Shown here: piece after piece, positions 36,295-45,796 of the stretch
Layout: every line of letters begins with the position of its first letter
Position numbering within the stretch: the first letter of the stretch is position 1
Assembly: GCA_033272285.1 (NCBI GenBank)
Contig: JASKBU010000088.1
Span: 8,687-72,686 of the forward strand
Source: Nitrososphaeraceae archaeon
GTDB lineage: Archaea > Thermoproteota > Nitrososphaeria > Nitrososphaerales > Nitrososphaeraceae
Direction of reading: 5' to 3'
DNA length: 64,000 nucleotides
Translations under genes and position numbers: made by a program
The notes under the pieces: model-generated
What the model saw: only the letters and a program-made list of their open reading frames with translations
What the model was told of the DNA's origin: nothing
Database searches by the model: none

Positions 36295-37095
36295 ATGGAA
36301 ATTACGAAAATCTTAGAAAAATTAGCACGAGGCGAAATAACAGTCGCAACGGCAGAACAGGAATTACGACTATATTCAATTGAATACGTGGAAAATAACT
36401 TGGCTAAAATAGATCCACTACGAGAGGCAAGAAGTGCAAAACCAGAAGTAATTCTTGCTCAAGGAAAACAGTACAAAGACCTCTTTAAAATTATTAGAGC
36501 AACCGTATCAGGAAAAAAATTTGCTGTAGTAAGTAAAGTGAGTCCAGAGTACATGAAAAAGATATGTAAAGAATTTGAAAAACAAGAGTTCAAAATTTAC
36601 AGAGGAATCAATACCCTACTAATTTCGAGTAGACAATATAAATTTCCCAAAAGAAATGGCAGAGTGGGAGTACTTTGTGCTGGAACTTCGGATATTAAAA
36701 TTGCGGAAGAAGCGAAAACTATGGCAGAAGTCATGGGTAGCAAAACCGTAACTGAATACGATGTCGGGATAGCTGGTATTCACAGAACAATAAAGGCAGT
36801 TGCCAATATGATAAAATCTAAAGTTCATGTTATCGTGGTAGTAGCAGGTATGGAAGGTGCACTTGCTTCTTTTGTGTCTTCGGTTACCGATATACCAGTT
36901 ATAGGGGTTCCAACATCAATAGGATATGGATATGGCTCAGATGGAATTGCAGCACTGGCTTCGATGCTCCAAACTTGTTCTATGGGGATGACAGTTGTAA
37001 ACATCGATAATGGGATAGGTGCTGGCGCTTTTGCAGCAATGGTAGCAAACAAGATGTCAAATGAATCCAAAAACAGCGATAATGAAGATTTATAA
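36295..37095 (+). CDS. larB: LarB-like (PurE-fold) pyridinium-3,5-biscarboxylic acid mononucleotide synthase
   Basis: N-terminal helical region plus a PurE-like domain (GVLCAGTSDIKIAEEA...VVAGMEGALASFVS..PVIGVPTS.GYG). Confidence 0.8.
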   Translation: MEITKILEKLARGEITVATAEQELRLYSIEYVENNLAKIDPLREARSAKPEVILAQGKQYKDLFKIIRATVSGKKFAVVSKVSPEYMKKICKEFEKQEFKIYRGINTLLISSRQYKFPKRNGRVGVLCAGTSDIKIAEEAKTMAEVMGSKTVTEYDVGIAGIHRTIKAVANMIKSKVHVIVVVAGMEGALASFVSSVTDIPVIGVPTSIGYGYGSDGIAALASMLQTCSMGMTVVNIDNGIGAGAFAAMVANKMSNESKNSDNEDL

Positions 37096-37155
37096 GTAAT
37101 TCACATTCTTGTCAATTTTATAAATAGGATAGATAGATAGGTGAGTTTTTAGTTT

Positions 37156-37815
37156 ATGGTTTATACTTCGACATTTAGGAGAATAAGAGAGAAAAAAACT
37201 AACTACAGGAAAAGGGAGAAATTGCTTGTAGGTAAAAAGGATTTTGTAACAGTTAATGTCAGTGATCAAAACATCTCAGCGCAGTTAATTAGACCAGACC
37301 TACTGGGAGATAAAGTAATGGCCTCAGTACATAGTAACGAACTTCTATCATACGGATGGAAAGGCTCGCGTAAAAATATTCCCTCATGTTATCTGGTCGG
37401 TCTCTTATTAGGTAAAAAATGTCTTCAAAAGAAAATTTCTAGTGCAATTTTGTATATTGGCAAGAGACATTTTACTACGAAAATTGCGGCATGCTTGAAG
37501 GGATTATCGGAAGCTGGCATGGAAATGCCTTTTTCGGAAAATATTCTTCCTTCTGAAGATAGAATCCAGGGAAATCACATAGCTGATTACGCGAAAAAAC
37601 TAAAAGCAAATGAAGATGTGTACAAATCAAGATTTTCATCCAACTTGGGTTCAGGACTGGAACCAGAAAAATATCCTAGTCATTTTTCAGAAATAAAGGA
37701 TAAAATAGTTAACGATAAGGCTAAAAAAGAAAAGGAATCTGAAAAAACGCCGAAAACTACCATTAAAACTAAATCAAAATCTAAATTGTCTGAGAAGAAA
37801 GGAGATTCAAAATGA
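37156..37815 (+). CDS. rpl18: 50S ribosomal protein L18 (L5e) with Lys-rich C-terminal tail
   Basis: ..RRIREKKTNYRKR.. N-terminus. Position upstream of S5. Tail is KAKKEKESEKTPKTTIKTKSKSKLSEKKGDSK. Confidence 0.9.
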   Translation: MVYTSTFRRIREKKTNYRKREKLLVGKKDFVTVNVSDQNISAQLIRPDLLGDKVMASVHSNELLSYGWKGSRKNIPSCYLVGLLLGKKCLQKKISSAILYIGKRHFTTKIAACLKGLSEAGMEMPFSENILPSEDRIQGNHIADYAKKLKANEDVYKSRFSSNLGSGLEPEKYPSHFSEIKDKIVNDKAKKEKESEKTPKTTIKTKSKSKLSEKKGDSK

Positions 37816-38426
37816 GTAGTTCAAGAAATGAACAGGCCACAGTATGGAAGCCTCGTACGACTCTAGGACAGATGGTAATTGAAAATAAAATAAGTTCAAT
37901 GGAACAGATTTACGAAAATGGTATGCGTATTCAGGAATCTGAAATAGTAAAACATTTGCTTCCGGACATAAAGAGTCAAGTTGTACACGTTGGAATAGTC
38001 CAGAAACAAACTGATGCTGGTGAGATGACTAGATTTAGTGCCCTTGTTGCTGTAGGCAATGAGGCAGGATGGTTTGGTATAGGAATGGGCAAGGCTTCAC
38101 AAATGAGAATTGCTATTGACAAGGCAACAATTAATTCATATCTTCATATAATACCGGTGAAACTTGGTTGTGGCAGTTGGGAATGCCGATGTACACAGCC
38201 ACATTCTATACCCTTCAATGTTAGAGGAAGAGGCGGGAGTGTAAAAGTAGAGATTCTGCCAGGACCAAGGGGACTTGGACTTGTTGCAGGAGAAAATATC
38301 AAAAATCTATTAAAGCTTGCAGGAATTAAGGATGCATGGACAAAATCATTCGGATCCACTAATACAATGACTTCTACTGCGATGGCAATTTTTAACGCAT
38401 TAAACTCGACGTATATTACAGGATGA
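37812..38426 (+). CDS. rps5: 30S ribosomal protein S5
   Basis: dsRBD-like and S5 C-terminal motifs (..VAVGNEAGWFGIGMGKA.., ..PGPRGLGLVAG..). ATGA overlap with rpl18. Confidence 0.95.
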   Translation: MSSSRNEQATVWKPRTTLGQMVIENKISSMEQIYENGMRIQESEIVKHLLPDIKSQVVHVGIVQKQTDAGEMTRFSALVAVGNEAGWFGIGMGKASQMRIAIDKATINSYLHIIPVKLGCGSWECRCTQPHSIPFNVRGRGGSVKVEILPGPRGLGLVAGENIKNLLKLAGIKDAWTKSFGSTNTMTSTAMAIFNALNSTYITG

Positions 38427-38429
38427 AAA

Positions 38430-38894
38430 ATGGCATTTTTAGTAGTTAGAATGAGGGGAACCGTAAATGTCCCGTTTTGGGCTTTGACCACCTTAAAAAA
38501 TCTCTATTTGAACAAAAAGTTTTCGGCTACTCTAGTACCAGAAAATTCGGATTACTTGGGAATGTTAAGGAAAATAAATCAATGGGTGGCATGGTCAAAG
38601 GCAGATTCAGAAATCGTAAAAACGCTGATTGAGAAAAGAGGCAAAAAGAAAACTCCAAAATTAGATGCACAGAAAGAAAGCGAGAGAAAAGATGAATACA
38701 AGGGAATTGATGAATTGGTAAATGTTATTGTAAATGACAAAATAAAATTTTCAGACCAAAATAGTATAAAACCGTGGTTTAGTTTGAATCCCCCCAAGGG
38801 CGGTTTTAAAAGGAAAAGCAAAAAACAATTCTCAGATGGCGGTATCCTCGGGAATAACAAAGATTTGCTTGAAATTGTAAAAAGAATGGTATAG
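38430..38894 (+). CDS. rpl30: 50S ribosomal protein L30 (L7e)
   Basis: VVRMRGTVNVP... plus conserved gene order. Confidence 0.9.
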   Translation: MAFLVVRMRGTVNVPFWALTTLKNLYLNKKFSATLVPENSDYLGMLRKINQWVAWSKADSEIVKTLIEKRGKKKTPKLDAQKESERKDEYKGIDELVNVIVNDKIKFSDQNSIKPWFSLNPPKGGFKRKSKKQFSDGGILGNNKDLLEIVKRMV

Positions 38895-38967
38895 GTTGAT
38901 TGAACAACATATGAGTTTTACATTTATATTTACACCTACTCTTTTGATTCAATAAGGTATATCGCAT

Positions 38968-39402
38968 ATGGCAACTAGGTTTAGAAAAAGCAGAAGACAG
39001 CGAGGTACAAGGTATTGCGGTTGGGGTCAGATAGGCCAACATCGACAATCTGGTAGCCGGGGGGGAATTGGCGGCGCTGGAAAACATAAGCATTTTTGGA
39101 TAAGGACAGTAATCGAAGAACCCGACCACTTTGGACATGATACTCTTAATTCATATAGTCGATTTTTGGTTAAAAAATGGATAAATCTAAGAGATTTGAA
39201 GAATCTGTCTTTGAGACAGCCTCATAAAAAAGACGAAAAACCAGTTCTAGATCTTGGGTCATTGGGAATTCAAAAACTCTTGGGCGGCGGAAATATCGGT
39301 GAAAGTTATGTTATTAAAGTAGCACAAGCATCTGCTAGTGCTAAAAAGAAAATAGAATCCGCAGGAGGGAGCATAATTTCAAATGAGCACAGTGCAGAAT
39401 GA
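38968..39402 (+). CDS. rpl15: 50S ribosomal protein L15 (L27Ae)
   Basis: ..SRRQRGTRYCGWG..GQHRQSGSRGGIGGAGKHKH... Confidence 0.92.
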   Translation: MATRFRKSRRQRGTRYCGWGQIGQHRQSGSRGGIGGAGKHKHFWIRTVIEEPDHFGHDTLNSYSRFLVKKWINLRDLKNLSLRQPHKKDEKPVLDLGSLGIQKLLGGGNIGESYVIKVAQASASAKKKIESAGGSIISNEHSAE

Positions 39403-40819
39403 AAGCATAATAAGATCGGTAATCAAAAAAGTCTCAGCTTATATTCCTCAAGTAGAGAAACCTAAAAAGAAAATTGGGCTTAGTGAAAAATTCATTTGGT
39501 GTGGAATAGCACTATTCGCTTATCTTGTAATGGGTCAAATCCCACTATATGGAGTGACAGATTCTCCAAAGTTTGATTTTTTGGCGTTTGCTAGGGTTAT
39601 ATTCGCTGCACAACAAGGAACGTTACTGGAATTAGGTATTGGACCCATTGTAACTGCTGGTCTGTTAATGCAGTTATTAAAAGGCTCAGAATTAATAAAA
39701 TTAAATTTTAAAGATCCTGATGATAGATCTCTATTTACTTCTGCAACAAAGATAGTTACCATTATAGTTATCATTGCTGAAGGGTCCTTGTATGGTGTCA
39801 GTGTATATGGAGGCCTACTTTCGCATCCCAGCCTAATTCCCGTGTTAATTGGGCAACTTGTAGGAGCCAGTATTGTTGTAATGTATTTGGATGAACTTAT
39901 TCAGAAAGGATGGGGTCTCGGTTCTGGTATCAGTCTTTTCATTATGGCCGGTGTAGCTCAGGGAATTTTGTGGAGTTTGTTCAGTCCACTTCCAGTACCT
40001 GGTGCTACGGAACCATCTGGAATATTTCCATACATTATTGATTCTGCCATACATGGAGATCTTTCTAATGCATTATTTAGAAGTGGTCAACTGCCAAGTA
40101 TTTTTGGTCTAATAGTTACTTCCTTGGTGCTATTGGCTCTTGTTTATGTACAAGGTATTCATGTGGACATACCAATAGTGTCTACCAAGTATAGAGGGTT
40201 TACTGCAGTATATCCTATAAAATTACTTTACACATCCAATATTCCTGTTATCCTAGCGTCAGCTTTACTCGCAAATGCTGTTTTTATGGGGCAGATGCTA
40301 TGGGCAAACTATAATCCTGACAATTCAAATCCATTTTTTAACGTGATAGCTCAATTTGATCCGCAGCAATCACAGTCGCCAACAGGAGGAGTTCTGTATT
40401 ATATTACTGCTCCGAGAAGCTTTGAACATTCGCTTCAAGATCCTGTAAGAACTGTCGTTTATATTATATTTCTGACAGGAATTGTTACTGTATTTGGTCG
40501 TCTGTGGGTTGAGCTAGGTGGTCTATCTCCAAAAGCAGCGGCGAAAAACTTGTTGGATGCTGATGTACAGGTCCCTGGTTTTAGACGAACGCAAAGCTCT
40601 GTACAAACTCTGCTTAACAAGTACATACCGGCTGTTACAATAGCAGGTGGAATAATAATTGGATTACTGGCATCAGTGTCAAATGTTTTGAGCGTTTTTG
40701 GTACTGGAATTGGGATCTTACTTATGGTCGACATTTTGGTTAATTATTATAACTTGCTCATCAGAGAACAGGTAGATATTCATATGCCCAAACTGGCGGC
40801 TCTCCTTGGAAGAACCTAA
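39383..40819 (+). CDS. secY: preprotein translocase subunit SecY
   Basis: 478 aa and 10 TM-like segments. ..LELGIGPIVTAGLLMQLL.. 20-nt overlap with rpl15. Confidence 0.95.
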   Translation: MSTVQNESIIRSVIKKVSAYIPQVEKPKKKIGLSEKFIWCGIALFAYLVMGQIPLYGVTDSPKFDFLAFARVIFAAQQGTLLELGIGPIVTAGLLMQLLKGSELIKLNFKDPDDRSLFTSATKIVTIIVIIAEGSLYGVSVYGGLLSHPSLIPVLIGQLVGASIVVMYLDELIQKGWGLGSGISLFIMAGVAQGILWSLFSPLPVPGATEPSGIFPYIIDSAIHGDLSNALFRSGQLPSIFGLIVTSLVLLALVYVQGIHVDIPIVSTKYRGFTAVYPIKLLYTSNIPVILASALLANAVFMGQMLWANYNPDNSNPFFNVIAQFDPQQSQSPTGGVLYYITAPRSFEHSLQDPVRTVVYIIFLTGIVTVFGRLWVELGGLSPKAAAKNLLDADVQVPGFRRTQSSVQTLLNKYIPAVTIAGGIIIGLLASVSNVLSVFGTGIGILLMVDILVNYYNLLIREQVDIHMPKLAALLGRT

Positions 40820-41393
40820 AGGAAAAAAAGTTATAATTGTTGGTATTCCCGGTGTAGGAAAGAGTACAATAATTTCCAATGCAACAACTGCGTTACAAAA
40901 TATAGGAACATCTGTCACGACTGTGGTTTTTGGATCCGTAATGTTCGAAGAAGCTAAAAAATTGGGAATAACACATAGAGATCAGATGAGAAAACTTTCA
41001 ATTGATGTGCAACAAAAATTACAAAACATGGCAGCCGATCTCATCTCGGGTCGAAGAGAATCGATAGTTGTCGTTGACACCCATCTTTTTATAAAGACAT
41101 CGTCGGGCTATTATCCTGGATTACCTATGAATTTAATTTTAAAGTTAAATCCTGATAGATTGATTCTAGTCAGCGCAAATTCGGAAGAAATTCTCAGAAG
41201 AAGAAAAGATGATAATACTCGAACAAGGGATATGATATCTGATGATGAAGTCAAAAGGGATATTGAAGTTTCCCTGTCAATGATTTCATCTCTTTCTATT
41301 TTGACAGGAGCGCCCTTTGAGATTATTCATAACAATGATAACATGATAGATTCTGCTACTGCTCAAATGGTAGAATTACTAAAATCTACTTAA
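40806..41393 (+). CDS. adkA: adenylate kinase (archaeal type)
   Basis: P-loop GIPGVGKST. Position after secY. TTG start, with no in-frame ATG before the P-loop. Confidence 0.85.
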   Translation: MEEPKGKKVIIVGIPGVGKSTIISNATTALQNIGTSVTTVVFGSVMFEEAKKLGITHRDQMRKLSIDVQQKLQNMAADLISGRRESIVVVDTHLFIKTSSGYYPGLPMNLILKLNPDRLILVSANSEEILRRRKDDNTRTRDMISDDEVKRDIEVSLSMISSLSILTGAPFEIIHNNDNMIDSATAQMVELLKST

Positions 41394-41470
41394 CTGATAA
41401 ATATTAAAACATGAGTTCCATAGATACGAATATTGGGCTGACAATATCAGATTAGATTAAGGGAAAAGAT

Positions 41471-42055
41471 TTGAAATTAAATGATGTTCGGGATATAAGT
41501 GTAGTAATATCCGGGAGTGCGGCTGTTGGCAAGACTACACTGGCTGATGCTCTTGCAAAGGAATTTGGATTTAAATTATATAATGGAGGAGATATATTAA
41601 AGGAAATTGCACGTCAACAGGGTCATACAATATCTGGAAATGATTGGTGGGATTCCGATGATGCGGTAGGATTCATGAAAGAAAGAAAGAAAAACCCAGC
41701 CTTTGACAAAGAGGTGGATGAAAAACTAATTAAAATAGCTCAAAAAGGTAACGTTATCATTACTAGTCATACACTTCCTTGGTTAACTTCCGAACCAATT
41801 ACTTTTTGGCTCAGTGCATCCCCGGAGAAGAGATCTGAAAGGATGTCAAAACGTGACAACATTTCGTTATCGGAGGCTCTGAATATTGTAAAGATGAGAG
41901 ATAGGGAAAATAAAAAGATATACAAGAATATTTATGGTTCACAATTCGGAGAAAACAAGGGCGTTTTTGATTTCATAATTAATACTGAGTTATTGACTCT
42001 TGAATCACTAGTTTATTTGTGCAAGGAAATCATAAAGAAGATGAAAGTAAAGTAG
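41471..42055 (+). CDS. cmk: cytidylate kinase (archaeal type)
   Basis: P-loop SGSAAVGKTTLA. Position after adk. TTG start. Confidence 0.85.
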   Translation: MKLNDVRDISVVISGSAAVGKTTLADALAKEFGFKLYNGGDILKEIARQQGHTISGNDWWDSDDAVGFMKERKKNPAFDKEVDEKLIKIAQKGNVIITSHTLPWLTSEPITFWLSASPEKRSERMSKRDNISLSEALNIVKMRDRENKKIYKNIYGSQFGENKGVFDFIINTELLTLESLVYLCKEIIKKMKVK

Positions 42056-42072
42056 TTTAGAAGGGGCATGTC

Positions 42073-43074
42073 ATGACATTAAAACTTGATACCTTGGAGA
42101 TAATAAACGATGACGTTACTAGCGAAAAGTATGGACATTATCCAGAAAAAAGACCCATGGACGTTCTATTGGATAATGGCATTATTTTATTAGACAAGCC
42201 TTCTGGTCCAGCAAGCCATGAACTGGTTGCTTGGACAAAGAGAATTCTGGGGATTCCAAAAGCAGGTCACAGTGGAACGCTTGACCCAGGTACTACGGGT
42301 CTCCTGCCCATTGGTCTTGGTGATGCCACAAAGGCACTATCAATACTTCTATTGGGACCAAAGGAATACTACGCTATTGCAAGAATTCACAATCAAAGCA
42401 ATGTTGATGAGATAGACAGAGTACTTGATAAGTTTAAAGGAGAGATTTACCAAAGGCCTCCCCAGAGATCCTCAGTCAAGAGATCTACTCGCATTAGAAA
42501 AATATACGAATTAGAAAGAATGGAAAGTGCTGATAACATTCTATTGTTGCGCGTACTATGCGAAGCAGGTACGTATATTAGAAAATTGGTGTATGATGTC
42601 GGTGAGGTACTTGGAACAGGAGCTACGATGTTCGAATTGCGGAGAACAAGAGTAAGCTTATTCTCAGAATCCTCGGATAAACTGATAAGATTGCATGATT
42701 TGGTAGATGCATTTGAAACTTATAAAGAGACAAAGGGAGAAGAAAAAATTCGTTCAATTATAAAGCCAATTGAGGTAGCACTAGATGGGATAGCCACAGT
42801 TGCAGTAAAGGACTCTGCAGTTGATGCATTGTGTCATGGTGCACAAGTTGCCATTCCTGGGATCGTAGCTTTTGATAAAGGTGTGAAGAAAGGGACTTTG
42901 GTCGGAATTTATACATTAAAGGGTGAAATTATTGCATTGGGTGAAGCGAATATGGACCCTGAAGAAATACGACAAAATGATAAAGGTATAGCCTTCACAA
43001 TTAAGCGATTGATAATGAAACCTAACATTTACCCACGTGCATGGAAAACGAGTAGAAACCTGAATAAAGATTAA
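42073..43074 (+). CDS. truB: H/ACA RNP pseudouridine synthase Cbf5 (TruB family)
   Basis: Catalytic motif GHSGTLDPGTTG. C-terminal PUA-like domain. Confidence 0.93.
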   Translation: MTLKLDTLEIINDDVTSEKYGHYPEKRPMDVLLDNGIILLDKPSGPASHELVAWTKRILGIPKAGHSGTLDPGTTGLLPIGLGDATKALSILLLGPKEYYAIARIHNQSNVDEIDRVLDKFKGEIYQRPPQRSSVKRSTRIRKIYELERMESADNILLLRVLCEAGTYIRKLVYDVGEVLGTGATMFELRRTRVSLFSESSDKLIRLHDLVDAFETYKETKGEEKIRSIIKPIEVALDGIATVAVKDSAVDALCHGAQVAIPGIVAFDKGVKKGTLVGIYTLKGEIIALGEANMDPEEIRQNDKGIAFTIKRLIMKPNIYPRAWKTSRNLNKD

Positions 43075-43169
43075 AAAATTAAGTTAAAAAATCAAAAAAA
43101 AACATAGTTTGTAGTTTGTTGTTATTGGCACCTTAGGAATGCCATTTGCTAATCTGCGCTAACCATAGA

Positions 43170-44261
43170 TTATTCATCTCCGGATTCGTCATTTGAACCG
43201 GTATCGTCATCCTCTGAGCCGTCTTCATCTGGATTACCTGTATTATTGGACGCATTGAGCATTCCTGCAGCCGTAGCATTAGTGGCATTTGTAATTGGTG
43301 AAAATGGAGGTTCCTCTCCTGTTTGAGCTTGTTTCTCTTCTCCAGTATCAGCCTGTTGTTCTTCTTGATCTCCAGTTGATTCTTGTTCATCTCCTGATTG
43401 TGATTTTTGTTCTTCTTGATCTCCAGTTGATTCTTGTTCATCTCCTGTAACAGCACTTGTCACGTTTGGCTCTGTTGCAGTTGTTGCGTTAGTAATATTC
43501 GTTTGTTCTTCTCCAGTATCAGCCTGTTGTTCTTCTTGATCTCCAGTTGATCCTTGTTCATCTCCAGTAACATCTGTAGCATTAGTTGCATTAGCATTCT
43601 CTTCAGCAGCTGCTTGATCTTCCTCATTTCCTGTCTCTCCACCAGTAACATCTGTAGCATTCGTACTTGTTGCAGTAGCATTCTCTTCTTCAGCAGCTGC
43701 TTGATCTTCATCTTCTGATGTTGCGTTAGCTACTGGGACTTCATCATCTTCTTCAGATGGTGCACTTGTAGTATTTACTACGACGGATTCAATTTCTTTA
43801 ACTTCTTCTGGAGTTGCGAGTGATAATATTGATTTGTTATCATTAGCGTTAGATGTCAATTTTTCAAGCACATCAGTTGGAGCAAGGCCAACGCCGGTGC
43901 TATTCTTCAGGTCATCATCAACAAATTTTATGATTTTTGAGGAATTTGCAGGAAGTACTTCTAATATTTCCGTTCTATTGCCAATTGAAAGTGCGTCGCT
44001 ATCGGGATCTTTGACCAATGTTTCTTTTGGTAGCTCAGCTACTGTTGTGGCATCTGCTGGAGGAGGTGGAGGAGCTGCTCCATCTTCACTCTTCGGCGTA
44101 AAACTTGGAGTTTGACCATCAAATTCGGGAGTTTCTGAATCCGTTGTATTTGTTGTATTTGCACCTTGACCAAAAATTACTTGACTTTGCGTCGGGACTA
44201 CGATAAATAACGCTGATGCCAGTAATAATAAACCTACAAAACCGTATTTTAGGAGCTTCAT
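43170..44261 (-). CDS. secreted hyper-acidic repeat protein rich in N-x-S/T sequons
   Basis: MKLLKYGFVGLLLLASALFIV signal-like N-terminus (an alternative ATG is at 44282), a PPPPP linker, repeats GDEQxSTGDQEEQ (x3), QQADTGEE (x2) and NATDVTG (x2), and 19 N-x-S/T sequons by my count. Confidence 0.7.
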   Translation of the reverse strand: MKLLKYGFVGLLLLASALFIVVPTQSQVIFGQGANTTNTTDSETPEFDGQTPSFTPKSEDGAAPPPPPADATTVAELPKETLVKDPDSDALSIGNRTEILEVLPANSSKIIKFVDDDLKNSTGVGLAPTDVLEKLTSNANDNKSILSLATPEEVKEIESVVVNTTSAPSEEDDEVPVANATSEDEDQAAAEEENATATSTNATDVTGGETGNEEDQAAAEENANATNATDVTGDEQGSTGDQEEQQADTGEEQTNITNATTATEPNVTSAVTGDEQESTGDQEEQKSQSGDEQESTGDQEEQQADTGEEKQAQTGEEPPFSPITNATNATAAGMLNASNNTGNPDEDGSEDDDTGSNDESGDE

Positions 44262-44472
44262 TTCAAGACATACTTTTAACATGTTAACGATAATTTAAAC
44301 AATGCTAATAAGAGTTGTGGATTTGGAAAATATATTAATCCACTAGAGGGTCTCTACAGCTTTCAAAAAATTAGGGTCCACAGGTAAAGGTAGCATACAG
44401 ATCTAATTACTTATCTGTAAATAAAAAATAATTTTTGTAGGGAAATGAAAAAAGATTGAAAAGATTAAAAAT

Positions 44473-45204
44473 TTAGAAATCTTCGCAATTTGATTTCTTT
44501 GTGTCTCCTCGAGATGGATGGTAATCTAGGATAATATCGTCTCCACTCCCACAATCAAATTTATCCGCTCCCGAGCCTCCTCTAAGTACATCATCATCTT
44601 TTCCACCAAAGAGTTTATCATTTCCTTTCCCGCCTGACAGTCTATCATCTCCGCTTCCTCCAGCTATGTTATCCTTACCTGCAAAGCCTTTCAGTTTGTC
44701 ATCACCCTGTTCTCCATAGAGCCAATCATTTCCTCTATTTCCTCCAATCCAATCATCTGCTCGACCTCCAAAAATGAAATCTTCGCCTCTATTTCCTTCT
44801 ATTATGTCATTTCCTTTTCCTCCCGTTATATCATCATCCCCGCTATTACCTTGAATCACATCGGTATTTCTTCCACCATAAATGGTGTCATCACCGCCAT
44901 TTCCTTCAACTATGTCTTCATCATCTCCTGCCAATATGAAATCATCGCCAGAATTTCCAATAATATTGTCATCTCCATCATGTCCATACAGGTTATCTTC
45001 TCCAGATTTTCCCCACATTACATCATCACCGTCCAATCCCCAGATACTATCATCATCATTTGTTCCCGGGAGAATGTCGTCATCATCACTTCCTACTATA
45101 TTGTCAGCCCATGCACTAGAAATAACTGATGGAGATAGTGCAGCCATGATCACCGCAATTAAAGCAACAAATATTTTTTTACCGTTGATAATCTTATAGT
45201 ACAT
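44473..45204 (-). CDS. RTX-type (hemolysin-type Ca-binding, beta-roll) repeat protein with N-terminal signal peptide
   Basis: 19 uninterrupted nonapeptides G-x-x-G-x-D-x-[ILF]-x (aa 56-226), for example GNSGDDFIL, GGKGNDIIE and GGSGDDRLS. N-terminal KKIFVALIAVIMAALSPSVISSAWA. Confidence 0.85.
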   Translation of the reverse strand: MYYKIINGKKIFVALIAVIMAALSPSVISSAWADNIVGSDDDDILPGTNDDDSIWGLDGDDVMWGKSGEDNLYGHDGDDNIIGNSGDDFILAGDDEDIVEGNGGDDTIYGGRNTDVIQGNSGDDDITGGKGNDIIEGNRGEDFIFGGRADDWIGGNRGNDWLYGEQGDDKLKGFAGKDNIAGGSGDDRLSGGKGNDKLFGGKDDDVLRGGSGADKFDCGSGDDIILDYHPSRGDTKKSNCEDF

Positions 45205-45498
45205 CTCTTATCTACACCTAGTAGAATGTCCACTAATTTAAGCAGTACTTTTTTTTATCTAAATTCAAAGTAAATTTAATCTCTTTTTTTGCAGGGAGAA
45301 CCAAATTGCACCATAAAAAATGCGCCTATAGTGGTTTGACATTATGTATACTTTTGGACAAAATTCACAGCGGGTACCCTCATTGGTGATATTATCCAGA
45401 ATCGGATCCAATAATAGACAGTGAGGTTAAATAATTTCCGTCAAAATTTGATTGAATTTGGACGTTACCAAGTGATTACATATTAACAAGAATCTGTT

Positions 45499-45681
45499 TT
45501 ATTCACAGGGATTAATCCACACACTCAAAGCTATGCTATACTTGGCTCGTGCGATAACAACCCCTTTGTTTTTAATTCCTGCTAATGGCTTGGTGGAAAG
45601 TTGAAGATTTTGCGCTTTTGCATCCCTGAGCAATAGCCATTCATCTCTTTTGATCTCTAGTATTGCAGATTTTTTTACCAT
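45499..45681 (-). CDS. doubtful small ORF
   Basis: 60 aa with no motif, in a spacer next to tRNA-Ser. Confidence 0.2.
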   Translation of the reverse strand: MVKKSAILEIKRDEWLLLRDAKAQNLQLSTKPLAGIKNKGVVIARAKYSIALSVWINPCE

Positions 45682-45796
45682 TTATGAAAGCAATACAGGC
45701 AATGCGATTGCCAAACATGATTGGCGTACTTCGTCGGAGCTCTTGAATTATGCAGCTAGAATTAGATGCTTCACCGTGTGAACACTCGGATTAAAG

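Noticed and set aside
38144-39138. Minus-strand ORFs 38144-38491, 38579-38860 and 38806-39138.
   Set aside because: They are antisense to the S5, L30 and L15 ribosomal protein genes, which are clearly coding.
43133-44115. ORFs 43133-43456, 43460-43711 (minus) and 43834-44115 (plus) inside the acidic repeat gene.
   Set aside because: They are alternative or antisense frames of a low-complexity repeat. Their translations are repetitive K/Q/L/M or S/G strings without starts in sensible context. The acidic secreted-protein frame has the signal peptide and spans the whole region.
44851-45199. Two plus-strand ORFs (92 and 105 aa) overlapping the RTX gene.
   Set aside because: They are antisense to a strongly periodic 27-nt repeat. 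The S/P/I-rich translations mirror the repeat, and the RTX frame is clearly the real one.
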